Origin: an uncultured Candidatus Rokubacteria bacterium | GTDB lineage: Bacteria > Methylomirabilota > Methylomirabilia > Rokubacteriales > DASRDR01 | Length of the DNA stretch: 64,000 nt | NCBI GenBank assembly: GCA_963826115.1 | Contig: CAWGVS010000005.1 | Span: 672,001-736,000 of the forward strand | Direction: 5' to 3' | Part shown: one piece after another, positions 60,132 to 64,000 of the stretch | Layout of the letters: every line of letters starts with the position of its first letter | Position numbering within the stretch: position 1 is the stretch's first letter | Notes under the pieces: generated by a model | What the model saw: only the letters and a program-made list of their open reading frames with translations | What the model was told of the DNA's origin: nothing | Database searches by the model: none | Made by a program: the position numbers and the translations under genes

Positions 60132-60161
60132 TTGACAGGCGTTTTTGGCGCGTGATAGGTT
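60132..60161 (+). promoter_or_regulatory. sigma70 promoter for ihf/HU-mutS-mutL
   Basis: TTGACA (60132-37)-N18-TAGGTT with a TGn extension. Confidence 0.65.
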
Positions 60162-60200
60162 GACCTCGAACTCCCCGGATCCTCCCGAAGGAGGGCGAGT

Positions 60201-60485
60201 GTGCCGACGATGACGAAGGCCGACCTCGTCGACGAGGTCGCCAAGCTGTCGAACCTGACCAAGAAGGAAACCGAGTTGATCGTCAACACGATCTTCGACA
60301 GCATCTCCTCGGCGCTCGCCCGCGTCGAGAAGGTGGAGCTCCGAGGTTTCGGGAGCTTCAGGGTCCGTCGTCGCAACTCCCGCCGGGGCCGCAATCCGAA
60401 GACGGGCTCGACCGTCAGCGTGCCCGAGAAGCGCGTCCCCTTCTTCAAGGTCGGCAAGCGCCTGAAGGAGCTGGTCAACACGTGA
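60201..60485 (+). CDS. ihfB: Integration host factor beta / HU family protein
   Basis: MTKADL, VELRGFGSF, GRNPKTG, VPFFK.GK.LKE.VN; follows rpsA-sppA. Confidence 0.88.
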   Translation: MPTMTKADLVDEVAKLSNLTKKETELIVNTIFDSISSALARVEKVELRGFGSFRVRRRNSRRGRNPKTGSTVSVPEKRVPFFKVGKRLKELVNT

Positions 60486-60590
60486 AGGCAGAGCCGCGCC
60501 CCCGCCCCGGGCGGTCGCGGCGGGTGGTGAGATCGCGCCGGGCCATGGCCAGCCCCCCGGCGGCCTCCTGATCGACCGGCGCGCGCCCTG

Positions 60591-63332
60591 ATGGGCGAAG
60601 ACCAGAGCCTTCCGCGGTCCGGATCGACCCCGCATCCGGCCGGCGGGGCGGATCTCGCCGAGCCGACGGGAGACAGCGCGGCGGCATCCGCCGCGGCGCT
60701 CACCCCGATGATGCGCCAGTACCAGGAGTGGAAGCGGCGCTACCCTGACTACCTGCTCCTGTTCCGCCTCGGCGACTTCTACGAGGCGTTCCACGAGGAC
60801 GCCGCCGTCGCGGCCCGCACCCTCGACATCACGCTCACGTCCCGGCAGAAGGGCGAGGGCGCCATCCCGATGGCCGGGGTTCCCCACCACGCGCTCGACG
60901 TGTACCTCGCGCGACTCGTCCGGGCCGGCTTCAAGGTCGCGATCTGCGACCAGGTGGAGGCGGCGCCGGCCAAGGGGCGGCAGCTCATCCGCCGTGAGGT
61001 GGTGCGGCTCGTCACGCCCGGGACCGTCACGGAGTCGGGGCTTCTCGATGGGCGGCTCAACAACTTCCTCGCCGCGGTCTGGCGCGCGGGCGACCACCTG
61101 GGGGTCGCGCTGGTCGACGTCACGACCGCCGAGTTCTGGGTGGGGGAGTCGACGGACGCCGAGGGGCTGACCGAGGCGCTCCTCCTCCGCCGGCCCGCGG
61201 AGGTGCTGCTCCCGCCGGGGATTCCGCCGGACGATCCGCTGGCCGCGCGTCTTCAGGCGGCGGGCGCCGCCGTGACCGCGCGCGACGCGCCGGCCTTCGG
61301 GCTCCGCGAGGGCGAGGAGCGCCTGCGGGCCCACTTCCGCGTCGCCGCCGTCGAGGGCCTCGGGCTTCCGCGGCGGGGGGGCGCGATCCGCGCGGCGGGC
61401 GCCGTCCTCGGATACCTCCAGGAGACCCAGCAGACGCCGCCCGCGCACCTCACGCGGATCCAGACCCTCGCGCTCGAGGACCACCTGGCGCTCGACGAGA
61501 GCGCCGCGCGCAATCTGGAGCTGGTCGAGAGCCTTCAGGACCGCGGCGGCGCGGGGACCCTCCTCTGGGCGATGGACCGGACCCGCACCGCGATGGGCGG
61601 GCGGCTCCTCCGCCAGTGGCTCCTCCGGCCGCTCCTCCGCGCGCGCGAGGTCGCGGAGCGCCTGGACGCGGTCGGGGCGCTGGTGGAGGCGCCCGCGCTC
61701 CTGGACGAGATCCGCGCGGCGCTCGAGGGCATCGGCGACCTCGCGCGGCTCGCGAGCCGCGTGGCGCTCGGGATGGCCCCCCCGCGCGACCTCGGCGCCC
61801 TTCGCGCCACGCTCGGGGCCTTGCCCGCGCTTCGCGAGCATGCCGAGCGCTCCGCGGACCCGCTGGTGCGCCAGTGCGCGGAGGCCGTGGAGGACCTGGG
61901 CGGCCTCGCGAAGACGCTGGAGTCCGCTCTCGCGGACGACCTGCCCCTCGGCGTCCACGACGGGGGGCTGATCCGCGAGACCTGGAACCCCGCGCTCGCC
62001 GAGGTCCGGCGCGAGGTGCGCGACGCGCGCGCGTGGATCGCGGGGCTCGAGGGTCGGGAGCGCGCCCGCACCGGGATCAACACCCTGCGCGTCCGCTACA
62101 ATCGCGTGTTCGGCTACGGGATCGAGATCCCGAAGAGCCAGGCGCGATCGGCGCCGGCGCTGCCGGAGGAGTACGTGCGCCGGCAGACGCTGGTCGGCGC
62201 CGAGCGCTACGTGACGGCCGAGCTCCGCGAGCAGGAATCGCGGGTCCTCGGTGCCGAGGGCCGCATGAACCGCCTGGAGTTCGAGCTGTTCGACGAGCTC
62301 CGGCGGAGCGTGGCGGGGGAGGCCGAGCGGCTCCTCCGGACGGGACGCGCGGTCGCGACGCTCGACGTGCTGGCCTCGCTCGCGCACGTGGCCCGGGAAC
62401 GCGGCTACGTCCGCCCGACCGTCGACGACGGGGGCGCCATCGACATCCAGGGCGGGCGCCACCCGGTGCTCGAGCTCCGGACCGAGGGCGCGCGCTTCGT
62501 CCCGAACGACACGATGCTGGCGTCGGGCGAGGTCGAGTGCCTGGTGATCACCGGGCCGAACATGGCGGGGAAGTCCACGTACATGCGGCAGGTCGCGCTC
62601 ATCGTGCTTCTGGCCCAGATCGGGAGCTTCGTCCCCGCGGCGAGCGCCCGGGTCGGGGTCGTGGACCGCGTCTTCACCCGCATCGGCGCCCAGGACAACC
62701 TGGCCCGCGGCCACAGCACGTTCCTCGTCGAGATGACGGAGACGGCCGCGATCCTCCGGCACGCGACGCCGCGGAGCCTCATCCTCCTCGACGAGATCGG
62801 CCGAGGCACGTCGACGTTCGACGGTCTCTCGATCGCCTGGGCGGTGGCCGAGTACCTCCACGAGCGCCGGGCCGGCGCGAAGGTTCTCTTCGCGACGCAC
62901 TACCACGAGCTGACGCGGCTGGCCGCCGAGCTGCCCCGGGTGCAGAACGTCCACGTGGCCGTCCGCGAGTGGAAGGACGACATCGTGTTCCTCCACCGCG
63001 TGGTGGCAGGCGGGACGGACCGCTCGTACGGCATCCAGGTGGCGCGCCTGGCCGGGCTGCCCGGGGAGGTGATCGCCCGCGCCCGCGCGCTGCTCCGAGA
63101 GTTCGAGCAGGGCGCGCCGGCCCCGGCGGCGCCGGCGGGCTCCGACGCGGGCCAGCTCGCGCTCTTCGGGGGGCGAGCGGCCCGACCGGACGAGCCAGCT
63201 CTCCCCGCGGCGGGGCCGGCGCGGCACCCCGTGCTCGACGCCCTCGCGGCGCTCGACCCGGAGCGGATGACGCCCATCGAGGCCCTGGCGGCCCTCGACG
63301 AGTTCCGGCGGCGGCTCGCGGACGAGCCGTGA
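60591..63332 (+). CDS. mutS: DNA mismatch repair protein MutS
   Basis: TPMMRQY, FRLGDFYE, TPGT, TGPNMAGKST, STFLVEM, DEIGRGTST, FATHYHEL, SYGIQVA. Confidence 0.98.
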   Translation: MGEDQSLPRSGSTPHPAGGADLAEPTGDSAAASAAALTPMMRQYQEWKRRYPDYLLLFRLGDFYEAFHEDAAVAARTLDITLTSRQKGEGAIPMAGVPHHALDVYLARLVRAGFKVAICDQVEAAPAKGRQLIRREVVRLVTPGTVTESGLLDGRLNNFLAAVWRAGDHLGVALVDVTTAEFWVGESTDAEGLTEALLLRRPAEVLLPPGIPPDDPLAARLQAAGAAVTARDAPAFGLREGEERLRAHFRVAAVEGLGLPRRGGAIRAAGAVLGYLQETQQTPPAHLTRIQTLALEDHLALDESAARNLELVESLQDRGGAGTLLWAMDRTRTAMGGRLLRQWLLRPLLRAREVAERLDAVGALVEAPALLDEIRAALEGIGDLARLASRVALGMAPPRDLGALRATLGALPALREHAERSADPLVRQCAEAVEDLGGLAKTLESALADDLPLGVHDGGLIRETWNPALAEVRREVRDARAWIAGLEGRERARTGINTLRVRYNRVFGYGIEIPKSQARSAPALPEEYVRRQTLVGAERYVTAELREQESRVLGAEGRMNRLEFELFDELRRSVAGEAERLLRTGRAVATLDVLASLAHVARERGYVRPTVDDGGAIDIQGGRHPVLELRTEGARFVPNDTMLASGEVECLVITGPNMAGKSTYMRQVALIVLLAQIGSFVPAASARVGVVDRVFTRIGAQDNLARGHSTFLVEMTETAAILRHATPRSLILLDEIGRGTSTFDGLSIAWAVAEYLHERRAGAKVLFATHYHELTRLAAELPRVQNVHVAVREWKDDIVFLHRVVAGGTDRSYGIQVARLAGLPGEVIARARALLREFEQGAPAPAAPAGSDAGQLALFGGRAARPDEPALPAAGPARHPVLDALAALDPERMTPIEALAALDEFRRRLADEP

Positions 63333-64000
63333 GCGCCCAGCCGGTCGTCCGCCGGCTCCCCGACGCCGTCGTCAACAAGATCGCGGCCGGCGAGGTCGTC
63401 GAGCGCCCGGCGTCGGTCGTGAAGGAGCTCGTCGAGAACAGTCTCGACGCCGGGGCGACGCGCATCGAGATCGCGCTGCGCGGCGCCGGGCGCCAGCTCA
63501 TCGCGGTGACGGACGACGGGCGCGGCATGCTGCCCGCGGACTGCCTCCTCGCGCTCGAGCGGCACGCGACCTCGAAGCTGCGAACGGAGACCGACCTCGA
63601 CGCGATCGGAACGCTCGGGTTCCGCGGGGAGGCGCTCCCCGCGATCTTCGCGGTCTCGCGGATGTCGCTCCTCTCGCGCGCGGCCGGCGAGGCGCGCGGC
63701 TTCCTCGTGGTGGGGGAAGGCGGCGTCCCGGCCGAGTCCGGCGCCGCCGACGCGCCGCCGGGGACGTCGGTGGAGGTCCGGGACCTGTTCTTCAACACCC
63801 CGGCCCGGGCGAAGTTCCTCAAGAGCCCCGCCACGGAGCAGACCGCCATCGTCCGCGTCGTCACGCAGCTGGCGCTGGCCCACCCGCGGGTCCACGTGCG
63901 CCTTCTCGCGAACGGGCGCGTCCTCATGAGCGCGCCGGCGGCGGGGAGCCTCCGGGAGCGCGTCGGCGGGCTCTACGGCTTCGGGCTCGCGCCGCGGCTC
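63329..64000 (+). CDS. mutL: DNA mismatch repair protein MutL (3'-partial)
   Basis: GTG at 63329: NKIAAGEVVERPASVVKELVENSLDAG, RHATSK, GFRGEAL, LFFNTPAR.KFLK. Not in the ORF track because it runs off the window. Confidence 0.97.
   Translation, partial: MSAQPVVRRLPDAVVNKIAAGEVVERPASVVKELVENSLDAGATRIEIALRGAGRQLIAVTDDGRGMLPADCLLALERHATSKLRTETDLDAIGTLGFRGEALPAIFAVSRMSLLSRAAGEARGFLVVGEGGVPAESGAADAPPGTSVEVRDLFFNTPARAKFLKSPATEQTAIVRVVTQLALAHPRVHVRLLANGRVLMSAPAAGSLRERVGGLYGFGLAPRL

Noticed and set aside
59283-63227. 1314-aa minus-strand ORF, and similar ones at 31782..34934, 29038..31947 and 24788..26737
   Set aside because: Antisense shadows of mutS/sppA, bamA, clpC and prfB/lysS. Strong G/C third-position bias removes stops on the opposite strand, and the translations have no recognisable motifs.

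Overview
GC-rich chromosomal window from a diderm (LPS-producing) bacterium. The gene content and order (rodZ-ftsY-rib-nusB-lnt-prfB-lysS-lolE/D-clpC-bamA-skp-lpx) would fit Ca. Rokubacteria/Methylomirabilota or a similar lineage, but this is inference only. Part A (1-~17.4 kb) is an accessory surface-glycan locus. It encodes two sulfotransferase-like proteins, an epimerase / polyprenyl-phosphate GT2 / epimerase / methyltransferase cassette divergent from a large unannotated membrane protein, several GT2/GT4 enzymes (some multidomain) and a Wzm/Wzt ABC exporter. Part B (17.6-64 kb) is about 44 co-oriented, tightly overlapping core genes on the + strand. These cover riboflavin synthesis, prfB with its programmed +1 frameshift, lipoprotein and outer-membrane biogenesis, a lipid A/core cluster with non-E. 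coli variants (GnnA-like, LpxI, DUF374/LpxJ-like, split HldE), trpS-scpAB-rluB, pheA-(hisC relic)-tyrA-aroA-cmk-plsC-rpsA-sppA-ihf and mutS-mutL. No rRNA, tRNA, IS/transposase, prophage or CRISPR array was seen. Best leads: a putative lipid-linked rare-sugar transfer module (2617-8626), a possible sulfated ABC-exported glycan, GlcN3N-type lipid A, a 42-codon hisC relic that keeps translational coupling, and five compensating indels hidden inside two apparently intact ORFs.
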